Shown piece by piece: positions 53,717 to 63,280 of a DNA stretch of 64,000 nucleotides. The notes beneath the pieces were generated by a model. That model was given only the letters and a program-made list of their open reading frames with translations. It searched no databases and was not told the origin of the DNA. Positions within the stretch are counted from its first letter, which is position 1, and every line of letters begins with the position of its first letter. The position numbers and the translations under genes were made by a program. This DNA is from a virus. Location of the stretch: the IMG/VR virus record IMGVR_UViG_3300036399_001951, positions 1 through 64,000 of that record, one strand, 5' to 3'.

Positions 53717-55687
53717 TTATTTTAGATAGAACATTTTATTATAGAAATAGGTAAGAGGGACCCTGATTGATTTTGAGGTACTGTCCCAAGTTGAATAATT
53801 AAATTCTAATTCTTCGTCATTAACTGAATTTATAGAGAGACAATATTCGATCGGTTCTCCTTCAAAAGAGAATGGAGAACTGTGCATCACAGGCTTACCG
53901 TTCTTTTCCATAATTATTAAATAATGAAGATATGTCCTTGGGTTTTCATAGTTAACTGAATGAACTACTATGTATAATAGACCACCTATCTCAATTGCAG
54001 AAGTGGATCCTCTAAAAAAAGAAAATAAGACTGGGACTTCAAATTTTCTAGCCTCACTCATACTTGGATATGAATAGACTGTAACTGGATTCCAACCATA
54101 AATAATTTCATTCTCATTCAAAAATACCCAGTTCTTTTCGCAGCCTGATCCTGTTGGACTATCGAATACCTGATCAACTATAATCTTTTTATTCTCAACA
54201 TCATATATTCCAGAACATATTCTATTTCCTTGATTAGGACTTATAAATTGGGAAGTTGCCAGGAATTTAATCGATCCATCCTCTGCCTTAAATAATCTAA
54301 GATCTTCAATGCCTTCTACTCTTGCACCCTCATGTATTGGAACTCTATATTCTTCTTGCATGATCCATTTTCCATTAAGCAAATTTAGTGTTTTAACGGG
54401 TTCTTTTGCAAGTTCCTCCCAACCCATATGTCTTCCGTCAGATTGATAGTGATATGCTCCATTAGATCGATCTATTTTATAATTAACTAGTCTAATATTA
54501 TGCAAATCTGAATCTATTTTACAATGAGATGAGTTTATAAAACCATCTGGAATTATAGAAGGATCTATTTCTATCGATTCTATCTTAAATCCATCTTTAG
54601 TGAGAGTATTTGCGTAAAACTTTAAATTATTAAATACTGATCCTATTGTATGATTAGCTGGATTATCTGATAGATATGAAATTGATATTCTAGAGCCTAA
54701 ATTTCTAGTAGATGGATTTAAATAATAATATAGGATCGACATCTCATATTCAAATAATTTATTCTCATATAAAGAATAATTCACAAAGAGCCTGTCCTCT
54801 TTAGGATAAGTTATATCTTTTCCAAGATTGTAGAATTTAAGTGCGTCTTGATGTTTTCCAATCTCTCTGAATTTTTTACACATCTCATATAGAGCCTCGG
54901 CTCTTCCTGAATGATATTCATGTCCTTTAATTGCCCATTCTGCGGCTTCATCCAATTTATTTAATTGAGAATAGCAGTTACTAATCATATAGTAACTGTA
55001 CCATACTTCTTCATACCATCCTCCCATTAAAACTCTTCTCTTATAAAATTCGATTGCCTTTTCAAAATTCTGAGTATCTTTATGGGATTGAGCTAAGTAG
55101 AATACATATCTTTCATTATTAGGCTCGTCAATTAATCCCTGCGTTAATAATTTGATGTCACGTTCAAACTTATCTTCCTTGCTTCCACCATCTCCAATAT
55201 CATTAATTAATATCGATTCTAAGAGTTTTCCTCCTACATTACAATTATCCGCAGCTAAATATTCATGAGTAACTCCAACTGATTTCCATCTATATTTAGA
55301 ATTCATTACGCGAATATTAGTGTACTTAATTCCAGGATTTTGTTGAAACACCTCGTAATGAGAATAATTGGTATCTAATTCAGATTTATTAAATCCCTCA
55401 TTAATTAGGACCATATCTGCGTCTATAGTTAAGATCCAATTGCACGAAGATTCTCTAGCTAAATCAAGAGCCTCAGTTCGATTATGGCCGAAGTTCTTCC
55501 ATTCTCGATCGATCACTCTTCCCTTTATTCCGCGATCATTAAAAAATTTAATTATTATTTCTTGGGTTCCATCGGTCGATCCAGTATCTACTATACAATA
55601 TTCATCAATTATTCCCACTGTACTAGCCAAGCATCGCTCAATGACTCTGCTTTCGTTTTTAACGATCATACACAAAACTATTCCCAT
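53717..55687 (-). CDS. GT2 glycosyltransferase + TPR + C-terminal GH130-like beta-propeller
   Basis: LCMIVKNE, IVDTGSTDGT, FGHNR, IDAD, HE. TPR helices (YLAQS, AIEFYKRR). GIEDLRLF, EKNW, RGST and IEYC. Confidence 0.85.
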   Translation of the reverse strand: MGIVLCMIVKNESRVIERCLASTVGIIDEYCIVDTGSTDGTQEIIIKFFNDRGIKGRVIDREWKNFGHNRTEALDLARESSCNWILTIDADMVLINEGFNKSELDTNYSHYEVFQQNPGIKYTNIRVMNSKYRWKSVGVTHEYLAADNCNVGGKLLESILINDIGDGGSKEDKFERDIKLLTQGLIDEPNNERYVFYLAQSHKDTQNFEKAIEFYKRRVLMGGWYEEVWYSYYMISNCYSQLNKLDEAAEWAIKGHEYHSGRAEALYEMCKKFREIGKHQDALKFYNLGKDITYPKEDRLFVNYSLYENKLFEYEMSILYYYLNPSTRNLGSRISISYLSDNPANHTIGSVFNNLKFYANTLTKDGFKIESIEIDPSIIPDGFINSSHCKIDSDLHNIRLVNYKIDRSNGAYHYQSDGRHMGWEELAKEPVKTLNLLNGKWIMQEEYRVPIHEGARVEGIEDLRLFKAEDGSIKFLATSQFISPNQGNRICSGIYDVENKKIIVDQVFDSPTGSGCEKNWVFLNENEIIYGWNPVTVYSYPSMSEARKFEVPVLFSFFRGSTSAIEIGGLLYIVVHSVNYENPRTYLHYLIIMEKNGKPVMHSSPFSFEGEPIEYCLSINSVNDEELEFNYSTWDSTSKSIRVPLTYFYNKMFYLK

Positions 55688-55705
55688 ACTTATTCCTGTT
55701 TAATT

Positions 55706-55733
55706 ATTATATAAGAATTATCAAAATAGTTTT
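55706..55733 (-). promoter_or_regulatory. Putative early/middle promoter of the GT-FkbM operon
   Basis: AAAAC-N17-TATAAT. Confidence 0.5.
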
Positions 55734-56280
55734 AATCAAAATTAATATCTAGATCAAAATCAAAGTATGCGAATTTAGCAGTAAAAGTACCAAAGTTTGG
55801 AGTATTTGAACTATATGAAAGTTTTAGAGAATCTTGAGATTTAAGAATTGGTTTATTGAATACCACATTAGATACTAAATATCCTTCGTTATTTAACATG
55901 CTTAATGTCATGGGTGAAAGCACTTGATTTTTATTTTCAAAATCTAAGTAATTAAGAGCATTGTCCAAAAAGATCCAATAATTTAGATAAGCATCTGCCA
56001 TTTTAAAGGTTAGAGTAAATTCCCTAGTGAATAGATCTGGGATTGGAGTCGAATTTTTATACTCCTGTCTTTTACCTAATAATCGGGTTTGGGTAACAGG
56101 CTGCATTGACCACCCTGAGAAATCTATTCCCTGTACAGTAGAAGACATAAAATCCTCTATTGTATCATAGGGCAAGATTAGACTTTGATAGTATTTCTTA
56201 TATTTTTCCTTAACCTTTTCTGCAAAAAAATCAGGTGGAAATAGAAAAACAAATCCGTTATTTCTAGCGTTTAAAATCAT
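55732..56280 (-). CDS. Tail tube-fold protein (T4 gp3/gp19-like)
   Basis: FTLTF....LNY, TLSMLN, V.F, L.LSY and TFTAKF.Y pattern of tube/terminator proteins. Confidence 0.55.
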   Translation of the reverse strand: MILNARNNGFVFLFPPDFFAEKVKEKYKKYYQSLILPYDTIEDFMSSTVQGIDFSGWSMQPVTQTRLLGKRQEYKNSTPIPDLFTREFTLTFKMADAYLNYWIFLDNALNYLDFENKNQVLSPMTLSMLNNEGYLVSNVVFNKPILKSQDSLKLSYSSNTPNFGTFTAKFAYFDFDLDINFD

Positions 56281-56285
56281 TTCTT

Positions 56286-56567
56286 TTATTTTTTATTTTT
56301 CTTAGCCTTTCTAGCTTTAGCTGCTAGATCCTTATCCGCTCCTCCCCAGGTACCAGAAGATTTAGTTGCAAAAGAATTAACTCTAGCCATTGCCCATTGA
56401 TGTTGACCTACTCCAGGACGATGTCCTGTTTTCCATGCAGCAAGTCCTCTATTGTAAACCTGTTTCAAGATTCCCTTTGGAATCCCAGTTTTTTCAGATT
56501 TATTTTTTAAAGCAGTATCTGAATTTGAAGATTCTACTAAGTATTCTAAAAATGTAAAGATTTTCAT
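56286..56567 (-). CDS. Small basic viral protein (DUF5824-like); putative internal head protein
   Basis: LK.VY.RG.AAW.TGHRPG...QWA.ARV.SF motif; leader [12 protein letters not shown]. Confidence 0.6.
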   Translation of the reverse strand: MKIFTFLEYLVESSNSDTALKNKSEKTGIPKGILKQVYNRGLAAWKTGHRPGVGQHQWAMARVNSFATKSSGTWGGADKDLAAKARKAKKNKK

Positions 56568-57241
56568 TTTTTATTTAATTGTTTTTTTACTTCCCTTCTA
56601 ACGCTCTCCATCTTTTTAGCGTATGCTGGATTATCGTTTCGATTAAATACTATCTGTTGGTTTAGGCTTCCGGTAATCTTACGCATATCTCCTCCTCTAG
56701 TTCTAATTAACCATTTTGCAAGTTCTTTTACCCCAAGTTTTTTAAATTTTCCATTAGCATCTGGTGCATCTGAATCATGCCAGTCTGGAGAGTTTTTAGT
56801 TTTTCTTTTTTCATCGACTTTTCCTTCGTTCTTACTTTGCCAATTTGCTGAAACTGAATCTTCTTCAATAGGTCCTCCTGCCGCCCAAGTATAGCACGTA
56901 CGAGCAGAGTGACATTTAAAGTGATGCATCCAACAATAACCAAGTTTTCCATCCGGATCTGAAACCTCCCCTGGCATACAATCTTTCATTCTTGGTGAAA
57001 TATCAAAAGCTACACAATTTCCACAATTAGATTGCTTTGCAACCTCAGGTTCAGTATTCCATTTTTTAGCATACTCGTCCCAATATTTTTCGTCATTGAG
57101 GTTTAGTGGTCCATATTTAATATAGTCTGCCTCTATTGCTTCGTTACGATTTTGAGTATTTACCTTTAGATCTTGAGTAGCTAACGGACAAGAGTTCGTA
57201 CCTTGTTCAAGGATTAAATATTCATTAAAATTTAATATCAT
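56564..57241 (-). CDS. Cys-rich putative internal head protein
   Basis: Leader MILNFNEYLILE; CGNC...GYC...C...CYTW. Confidence 0.6.
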   Translation of the reverse strand: MILNFNEYLILEQGTNSCPLATQDLKVNTQNRNEAIEADYIKYGPLNLNDEKYWDEYAKKWNTEPEVAKQSNCGNCVAFDISPRMKDCMPGEVSDPDGKLGYCWMHHFKCHSARTCYTWAAGGPIEEDSVSANWQSKNEGKVDEKRKTKNSPDWHDSDAPDANGKFKKLGVKELAKWLIRTRGGDMRKITGSLNQQIVFNRNDNPAYAKKMESVRREVKKQLNKK

Positions 57242-57798
57242 TTTCCAAACATTTTTTCAAAATTCTTAGTGTGTTTACTCTTTTGAGTTCCCCATCGTTT
57301 ACCTGTTTTTTGATTATAATCAGCTTTCCATTCTCCTTTGGGATCACTTGTGTATGCTGTTGGGTCATCATCATCTTTGTTAGCATGTTTCTTAATCTCG
57401 TTTTTCATTGCTTTAGCATCTTTAGTTAAATATACCGGATTAATCTTTTTTTTTTCAGTTACATATTGAGAATAACTAAGCACCTCGGCCTTTTCATTTA
57501 TTTTATTAGATTCCTCCCTAATAATTAATTCACCTAATACTTCCAATCTACCAACTTCCCTCTGAAATTCTATCTGAGTCATAGAAGTAGATATTTTTTT
57601 ATAAGTTTCATTAAATTCCTTTTTTGCCCCGGCTAAATCAAATTTTCCAGCGGCTGCTTTTTTATAGTAAGGAAGTTTAACTTTAAAATGGTGCCAAGTT
57701 AAAAGGGCAAGTCCTCCCTTTTCCTTTGCATTATTTACAATCTTTTCAGCACCGGCCTCTCTGGTATCTGCAAATGATTTAAATTCATTGTTTTCCAT
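57238..57798 (-). CDS. Hypothetical basic protein
   Basis: Internal VLSYSQYVTE motif; K.SKHTK.F..MFG C-terminus. Confidence 0.65.
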   Translation of the reverse strand: MENNEFKSFADTREAGAEKIVNNAKEKGGLALLTWHHFKVKLPYYKKAAAGKFDLAGAKKEFNETYKKISTSMTQIEFQREVGRLEVLGELIIREESNKINEKAEVLSYSQYVTEKKKINPVYLTKDAKAMKNEIKKHANKDDDDPTAYTSDPKGEWKADYNQKTGKRWGTQKSKHTKNFEKMFGK

Positions 57799-58051
57799 TT
57801 TCTTTTATTATTTTTAGGGTCAAATCTCCAGTTCCTTTAATTAACCGATGCCAAACCCCTGATTTAATTTCAATTTCATTAATTATTACCTCAGGCAATT
57901 GATCTTCAATTTGTATCATCCAATCAGTTTCTTTAATTGAGCTTATAATTCTATCTTCTGCATCTCGATGCCAAGTTAGGTCATCTGAATCAGAATCTTC
58001 ATCAAACTCTCGTATAACATAATTATCTATTTCAGTATCAAAATAAATCAT
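57785..58051 (-). CDS. Small cupin-like protein
   Basis: WHRD.EDR and I..GVWHRLIKG.GDL motifs. Confidence 0.6.
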   Translation of the reverse strand: MIYFDTEIDNYVIREFDEDSDSDDLTWHRDAEDRIISSIKETDWMIQIEDQLPEVIINEIEIKSGVWHRLIKGTGDLTLKIIKENGKQ

Positions 58052-58593
58052 TTTTTAATGTTTAGATTTTTAACTATTGATTTTATTTTAGGATCGCTAT
58101 TTTGTATTAATCTCTTTGCAACATTAACTGCCTCTCTTGCAGCTTTAATTCCAACTTCTTTATTTTCATAATTGAATATTACATTATATTCTCCTTTTTT
58201 TCTAGTTTCTCTAGTTCTTCCAAATCCAGTATCATCCCCGGCAAGAGTTTGTAATTCTAAAGCAATGTGCTCAATTATATGTCCCAACCAAGTTCCCCTC
58301 TTAACTCTTGAGAAAAATCCTCCCTTTCTTCCAATTGAACATCTATGATCATCCATCGATGGCAAATATTTCTTAAGGTTATCATAGAAATTAGGGATTT
58401 TATTCGATGGAAATTTTTCCCATTCTCCTAAATCTAAAATCATATGAATTAATTTATCTTTAGAATGATGCCATTTATTTTTACCTTCAATTGTTTTTAT
58501 AGACGTTATTTTTAAATCGCTGATGTTTGGTAAATTGACCTTAGTTTCAGATCTATTCGATTCAAATAAACTATATGCTATTAAATATTTCAT
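58048..58593 (-). CDS. Stand-alone cyanophycin synthetase N-terminal domain (putative cyanophycin endopeptidase)
   Basis: LDL...PSNKIPNFY..L...LPS...HRCS.G..GGF..RV..GTWLGHIIEHIALELQTLAG..TGFGRTRET. Start at 58593 by TAATG coupling. Confidence 0.85.
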   Translation of the reverse strand: MKYLIAYSLFESNRSETKVNLPNISDLKITSIKTIEGKNKWHHSKDKLIHMILDLGEWEKFPSNKIPNFYDNLKKYLPSMDDHRCSIGRKGGFFSRVKRGTWLGHIIEHIALELQTLAGDDTGFGRTRETRKKGEYNVIFNYENKEVGIKAAREAVNVAKRLIQNSDPKIKSIVKNLNIKK

Positions 58594-59171
58594 TACCAAT
58601 ATCCCGGATAAGTTTTTCCTCCCCAAAGATGAGCATATCTATTAATTCTACAGGCCCAATAGCCAGCCATCGTCCGATCCTTTTTTTCAGCACATCGATG
58701 TCGAGCTGCAAAACTTTTTCTAGCCTTTGGATTACTTACCTTTGCGCTTAATCCAGGGTCTCCAAACTGTATCTTTTTAATATTTCCAGTAGAAGGATTC
58801 TTAACGTATACTACGTATTTTTTAGATCCCCCACGCATAGGTCTTCCTAATTCAACTTCCCTGCCTTGATATTTGGCTTCTTCAATTGAAAAATCCTCTA
58901 GTGGCATATCTAACGCAACTTCAACTCCTTGATATATGCCAGTTTTACCAAGATCTGTGGTCTCAAATAAATAACCATCGAGCCTTCCTAATTCAAGAGA
59001 TCTCATTTCAAAAAGCATTCTGGCCTCTACTAATAGTTTAATATGAGCAGAGCTGCCCGGCCTATATACGGATTCAGTAATCGACATTCCTTGATCAACG
59101 TGATATTGCAAAGAATCTGAGATTTTAGATTCTCCTAGGTATCTGCTAAAGCTTTTAATTCTAGTTATCAT
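58593..59171 (-). CDS. Conserved viral protein (DUF6321-like); putative internal head protein
   Basis: KK..VYVKNP.TGN.KK..FG...ARKSF.ARH.C...AGYWAC; leader MITRIKSFSRYLGE. Confidence 0.6.
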   Translation of the reverse strand: MITRIKSFSRYLGESKISDSLQYHVDQGMSITESVYRPGSSAHIKLLVEARMLFEMRSLELGRLDGYLFETTDLGKTGIYQGVEVALDMPLEDFSIEEAKYQGREVELGRPMRGGSKKYVVYVKNPSTGNIKKIQFGDPGLSAKVSNPKARKSFAARHRCAEKKDRTMAGYWACRINRYAHLWGGKTYPGYW

Positions 59172-60484
59172 TGTATTAATATTGTTTTATCATCTATCAC
59201 AGATCCTATTTTAAAAGATCCTCGATTAACTAAACAGTCTCTAAGTTCAGCTGAAATCATATTTTTTGGATCATTATCAATATAGCTCTTAGAAATAGTA
59301 TTATTGGTTCCGTGATATTTGCATTCAATCAATTTAGAATTTTTTATAAAATTAGATGCAATCACGTCGCACTCTTCTAATTTTGAATTCCTGATCTCAC
59401 ATGCATTAAATAGACAATTTTTAGCATCTGCCTCGACTGTACAATTATAGAACTCAATTCCTTCTATTACGACATTTTTATCTATCTTTGCTCCCTTTAC
59501 CTGAAGCATTTTTCTAGTGTTGTCCCAATTAATATCAGCAATGTGAACCCCTCCAAAAACAACTAAATCGAATATTTTTTCTCTAAAAACAGGATACGTA
59601 GATTCAATTAAAAATTCTTGAGATCTAAGATCGTGATATAGTTTAATGTTAGGATAATTTGACTTTAGGTTTAATGGATTTTTAGTACTATCTACTGCTC
59701 TTTTATATTCTTCAATTAATGAGTTTAATTTAGATCTTTCATTAATATCATAACTAAAGTTTTCAGATAAGGTATTGTATATTCGGTTTATGATAGAATT
59801 AATCGTCCCCTTTGCTTCAATTTTCCTTTTTTGATAATCTTTTCCGCCAATGTAGGTTATTTCAATTATACCTTCATTTATTTTATTAAACTGATGTCCA
59901 AAGAAATCCGACTCTGGAAAATTGAATTGGCTCGAATCTGCCTTTTCAATTATTGAATTTGAAATATACGAAGTATACGGATGCTTAGAATGAAAGTAGA
60001 AGTAATTACCCTGAGGTATTTTCTTTCTTTCAGTATCATCGGTGTTCCATGATTCTAAGATTTGATCTTCGTCCAGTCCAATTAAATACTTAAATTTATT
60101 TAATTTTGATATTCCAAATGGTAAATTTAGTTTATGTTCATTCATTGAGATGCCTACCGTGAGCTGACATCGATCATCAGTTTGACCAAAATGATCAATT
60201 ATATTCATACTTTGCAGCATTAATCTTATCGCGTCATGATATGGCAAAAGACCCGTTTCAAAAATAAAGGTCTTAGATGAATGAGAATATTTGTTGGAAA
60301 GCTTAAACACATCGGTGTTAGGTTTAAAAGATTCATCTACTCCTTTAAACCACTTTACTTTTTTGCCAGTATTGTTTGCAATCTTTGATGCCATGTCTCT
60401 TCTTCTGAGAGGAGACTTAAATTCAAACTTAAATGATAGGCTTGAATTTAAATAAAGGTCGCTTCGATCTAATCCAAATTCCAT
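59168..60484 (-). CDS. Degenerate amidoligase-like (COOH-NH2 ligase) protein with a C-terminal beta-helix
   Basis: FKFEF, FETG, T.DRC.LTVGIS and IEITYIGGKDY align with amidoligase_2 motifs, with substitutions. Confidence 0.5.
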   Translation of the reverse strand: MEFGLDRSDLYLNSSLSFKFEFKSPLRRRDMASKIANNTGKKVKWFKGVDESFKPNTDVFKLSNKYSHSSKTFIFETGLLPYHDAIRLMLQSMNIIDHFGQTDDRCQLTVGISMNEHKLNLPFGISKLNKFKYLIGLDEDQILESWNTDDTERKKIPQGNYFYFHSKHPYTSYISNSIIEKADSSQFNFPESDFFGHQFNKINEGIIEITYIGGKDYQKRKIEAKGTINSIINRIYNTLSENFSYDINERSKLNSLIEEYKRAVDSTKNPLNLKSNYPNIKLYHDLRSQEFLIESTYPVFREKIFDLVVFGGVHIADINWDNTRKMLQVKGAKIDKNVVIEGIEFYNCTVEADAKNCLFNACEIRNSKLEECDVIASNFIKNSKLIECKYHGTNNTISKSYIDNDPKNMISAELRDCLVNRGSFKIGSVIDDKTILIQ

Positions 60485-60505
60485 TTATTAGTCAATATCT
60501 TTAGA

Positions 60506-60596
60506 TTATTTATCTAAGATTAATTGTATTTGATAAACAGTATTAAAATCAGTATAAATAATTCGCGATCCAATTTAATAATTTCGGTATAAATAA
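60506..60596. promoter_or_regulatory. Divergent late promoters
   Basis: ATAAATAA on the minus strand (60506-60513). Two perfect TATAAATA on the plus strand (60553, 60588). Confidence 0.6.
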
Positions 60597-60616
60597 TATA
60601 AATTACATCTAATATA

Positions 60617-62296
60617 ATGCCAAGTCAATTTTCGCCATATAAGATACTAAGCTCGTTTAAGGCAACAGTGGAGGATATTACTCTAGATACAATTAATTAT
60701 CTAACTGCCAGATTTAATCAAAGCAAGGCTGTATTTACGGCAGCTTCTCCATTTGGACAAATTTTAATTGTAATAGAGAATCTAACTCAATTAATATTCT
60801 ATTATATAGAAGATTCTATAACTGAATTGAATATAAATGAGGCAACTCGATTGACATCAATATATTCATTAGCTTCGCTCGCCGGGCATAATCCAAGTAG
60901 AGCAACTTCAGCCATTGGAGAAATATCCCTATCATTAGAAACGGATGAAACCGATCTTCCGGCAGATTATGTAATTATTTCAAATCTAACCAGATTAACA
61001 AGCGAAAACAACGGATTAATATATTTATTAGATTTACCCCAAGATCAAATAAAATTTTCTCTTAGAGGAGAAGATAATGGTCTTAAATTACAAATAAGAC
61101 AAGGGATTATAGAATCTCAAACGTTCACAGGGTCTGGGAAGCCATTGACTAGCTTTTCAGTTGCCAGCCCTCAAAGTTATTTTATAGATAATTTTTATGT
61201 AAATGTATATGTTAATGATCAAAAATGGAAAAGATATGAATCGATGTTAGATATTCCATTAAGTGCCCCTGGATTTATTATTAAAACAGGTATAACATCT
61301 GGATTAGATTTATATTTTGGAAACGGATCTTACGGATTAATTCCTCCTCCTGGATCAAAGATAACTGTTGAATATATAGTAACAGAAGGACCTGGCGGAA
61401 ATATTAAGACTACCAATACTTCGTCAGTCAATTTTTCTTTTGATGATACTGGATTTACTATTACTGGAGAAGAAGTAGATCTAAATAAATTTATTAAAAT
61501 TAAAACTGAAAATCCTCCTTATTTTGGAACCAATCCTGAAAGCGCAGATTTAACTAGATTAATTGCTCCAAAAAACTCTAAAAGCTTTGCTTTAGTTAAT
61601 CCAGATCATTATGAAATTGTTCTTAGACGATTAGGACTTTTTTCTTTGATTTCAATATATTTAGATCCGGTTGATGATAGAATGTTAAATTTATTTTTAA
61701 TACCTGATATAACTAGATCATTCAATACTCCGCAATCCTATTTTGGCGCAGATTTAGATATATTTAGAATGAGTCAATTTCAAAAGTCTGAATTGTTGAA
61801 ATATCTTGAAAAATCAGGAAGTAAATTAGTTTCAACTGACATTAAAATAATTGATCCTGTAATAATTAAATATGTAATTAATCTTAGTATAATCGTATTC
61901 GATGATGTTCCCGTAGAATTAATTAAATCCGATATCTATTCTTCTTTAGGTTTATATTTCATTAATAATACTCGAAGAAATAGAATTCCAAAAAGTGATT
62001 TAATTAAAATAATCGAAGAAGTAAAAGGAGTTGACTCAGTTGCAGTTACAATTGTAGGGGAATTAAATGAGGCAGCTAAGTCTGCAAATCCGGGAGCTGC
62101 TTTAATTGGATTAGATGATTATAATGATATTATAATTACAGACGGTCAGCTTCCAATAATTAGAGGAGGATTTAGTGACCGATTTGGAAACCAATATGCT
62201 TCTGGAATAGGACCTGTTGATCCTACTGGTGTATTAAATCCGCTAGGAGCAGTTAATATTAGAATAACTGATATTGTACCAAGACAATTAAATTAA
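60617..62296 (+). CDS. Baseplate wedge protein (T4 gp6-like)
   Basis: ATR..SI.SLA...G.NP....SA, YFGNG..G..PP.G..I.VEY..T.G..GN, and ES....R..AP. Confidence 0.85.
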   Translation: MPSQFSPYKILSSFKATVEDITLDTINYLTARFNQSKAVFTAASPFGQILIVIENLTQLIFYYIEDSITELNINEATRLTSIYSLASLAGHNPSRATSAIGEISLSLETDETDLPADYVIISNLTRLTSENNGLIYLLDLPQDQIKFSLRGEDNGLKLQIRQGIIESQTFTGSGKPLTSFSVASPQSYFIDNFYVNVYVNDQKWKRYESMLDIPLSAPGFIIKTGITSGLDLYFGNGSYGLIPPPGSKITVEYIVTEGPGGNIKTTNTSSVNFSFDDTGFTITGEEVDLNKFIKIKTENPPYFGTNPESADLTRLIAPKNSKSFALVNPDHYEIVLRRLGLFSLISIYLDPVDDRMLNLFLIPDITRSFNTPQSYFGADLDIFRMSQFQKSELLKYLEKSGSKLVSTDIKIIDPVIIKYVINLSIIVFDDVPVELIKSDIYSSLGLYFINNTRRNRIPKSDLIKIIEEVKGVDSVAVTIVGELNEAAKSANPGAALIGLDDYNDIIITDGQLPIIRGGFSDRFGNQYASGIGPVDPTGVLNPLGAVNIRITDIVPRQLN

Positions 62297-62309
62297 ATAA
62301 ATTTGTACC

Positions 62310-62555
62310 ATGTTAAAAGATAGCATATATAGAGAAACTTTAAGTAGAAAGGATAGAAGAATAAATTTAGGATACGATTATAAAGATAATATAATGAAAA
62401 ATACTCTATCTTCTCAAATGTTTGGAATAAACGAAACATTAGATAGGTTCATTAAGTCGGCTAATGATTGTGTATATGAATGGATTGAAGCAGTTAAGAC
62501 CATTAAAGCATATGCGAATCCGGCAGTAGATAAGAACGACAATAAAATCAATTAA
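62310..62555 (+). CDS. Hypothetical protein
   Basis: 81 aa, coupled to the next gene. Confidence 0.65.
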   Translation: MLKDSIYRETLSRKDRRINLGYDYKDNIMKNTLSSQMFGINETLDRFIKSANDCVYEWIEAVKTIKAYANPAVDKNDNKIN

Positions 62556-63277
62556 TGGCAAACGGAAAAATAAGTAAGGATAACAGAAAAATCCTTAAAA
62601 ACGAAATAGAAAATCTATTAAGTAGCATCAGTTCTGACAATGAGGATATGGTTCTAGATAATGAATTATCTAATGAGATTAGATCGGAAAGCCAATACGA
62701 CTTTGATCAAATGAGCGATCAATTTACTCAAAAGGCAAGAGAAATAACAGATTCTCTTTTTAAGAATTTTGTAGATATTGGAATATTTGAAAAAAATGAC
62801 TATGCTCGACATAAGAAAGAATTAGACACTATTAATATTTCAAATTTATTCTTTCAATTAAAAACTCTTAAAATATCCATAATGAAGATTATGGAAGAAA
62901 TAGCAACTGGAAATGTTCAACCTAGATTATTGGAGGTGATGGGTCAATTGCAGGATAAGATGGCAAACATAACTAAAATGCAGGCTAACTACATTCTTTT
63001 CTTAGAGGATACTTATAAAAAATTAAACAATGATGCCCCTGCAAATCCAGATTCTGCCCGCGTAGAATCCAGCGATATTGAAGGAAAATACTTTATCTCG
63101 GTTGGAACTAAAAATGTAATACAAAATCTACCTGATTCAGATATTTCAGATGATGGAGATGCTAATTTAATAGATCCAAATAATAAATTAAATTTGCTTC
63201 GTAAATCAGATATAGTGATTAATGAAGAAGAGAATAAGTCAGGCGAAGATTTCATTGATATTACTGAAATAATTTAA
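62555..63277 (+). CDS. Putative terminase small subunit (gp16-like)
   Basis: PRLLEVMGQL resembles gp16 PR..EV..QL; directly upstream of TerL. Confidence 0.55.
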   Translation: MANGKISKDNRKILKNEIENLLSSISSDNEDMVLDNELSNEIRSESQYDFDQMSDQFTQKAREITDSLFKNFVDIGIFEKNDYARHKKELDTINISNLFFQLKTLKISIMKIMEEIATGNVQPRLLEVMGQLQDKMANITKMQANYILFLEDTYKKLNNDAPANPDSARVESSDIEGKYFISVGTKNVIQNLPDSDISDDGDANLIDPNNKLNLLRKSDIVINEEENKSGEDFIDITEII

Positions 63278-63280
63278 GAT

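Noticed and set aside
58594-58626. ORF-track start at 58626 for the CphA-N gene
   Set aside because: It overlaps the upstream gene; the TAATG-coupled ATG at 58593 gives the shared leader motif.
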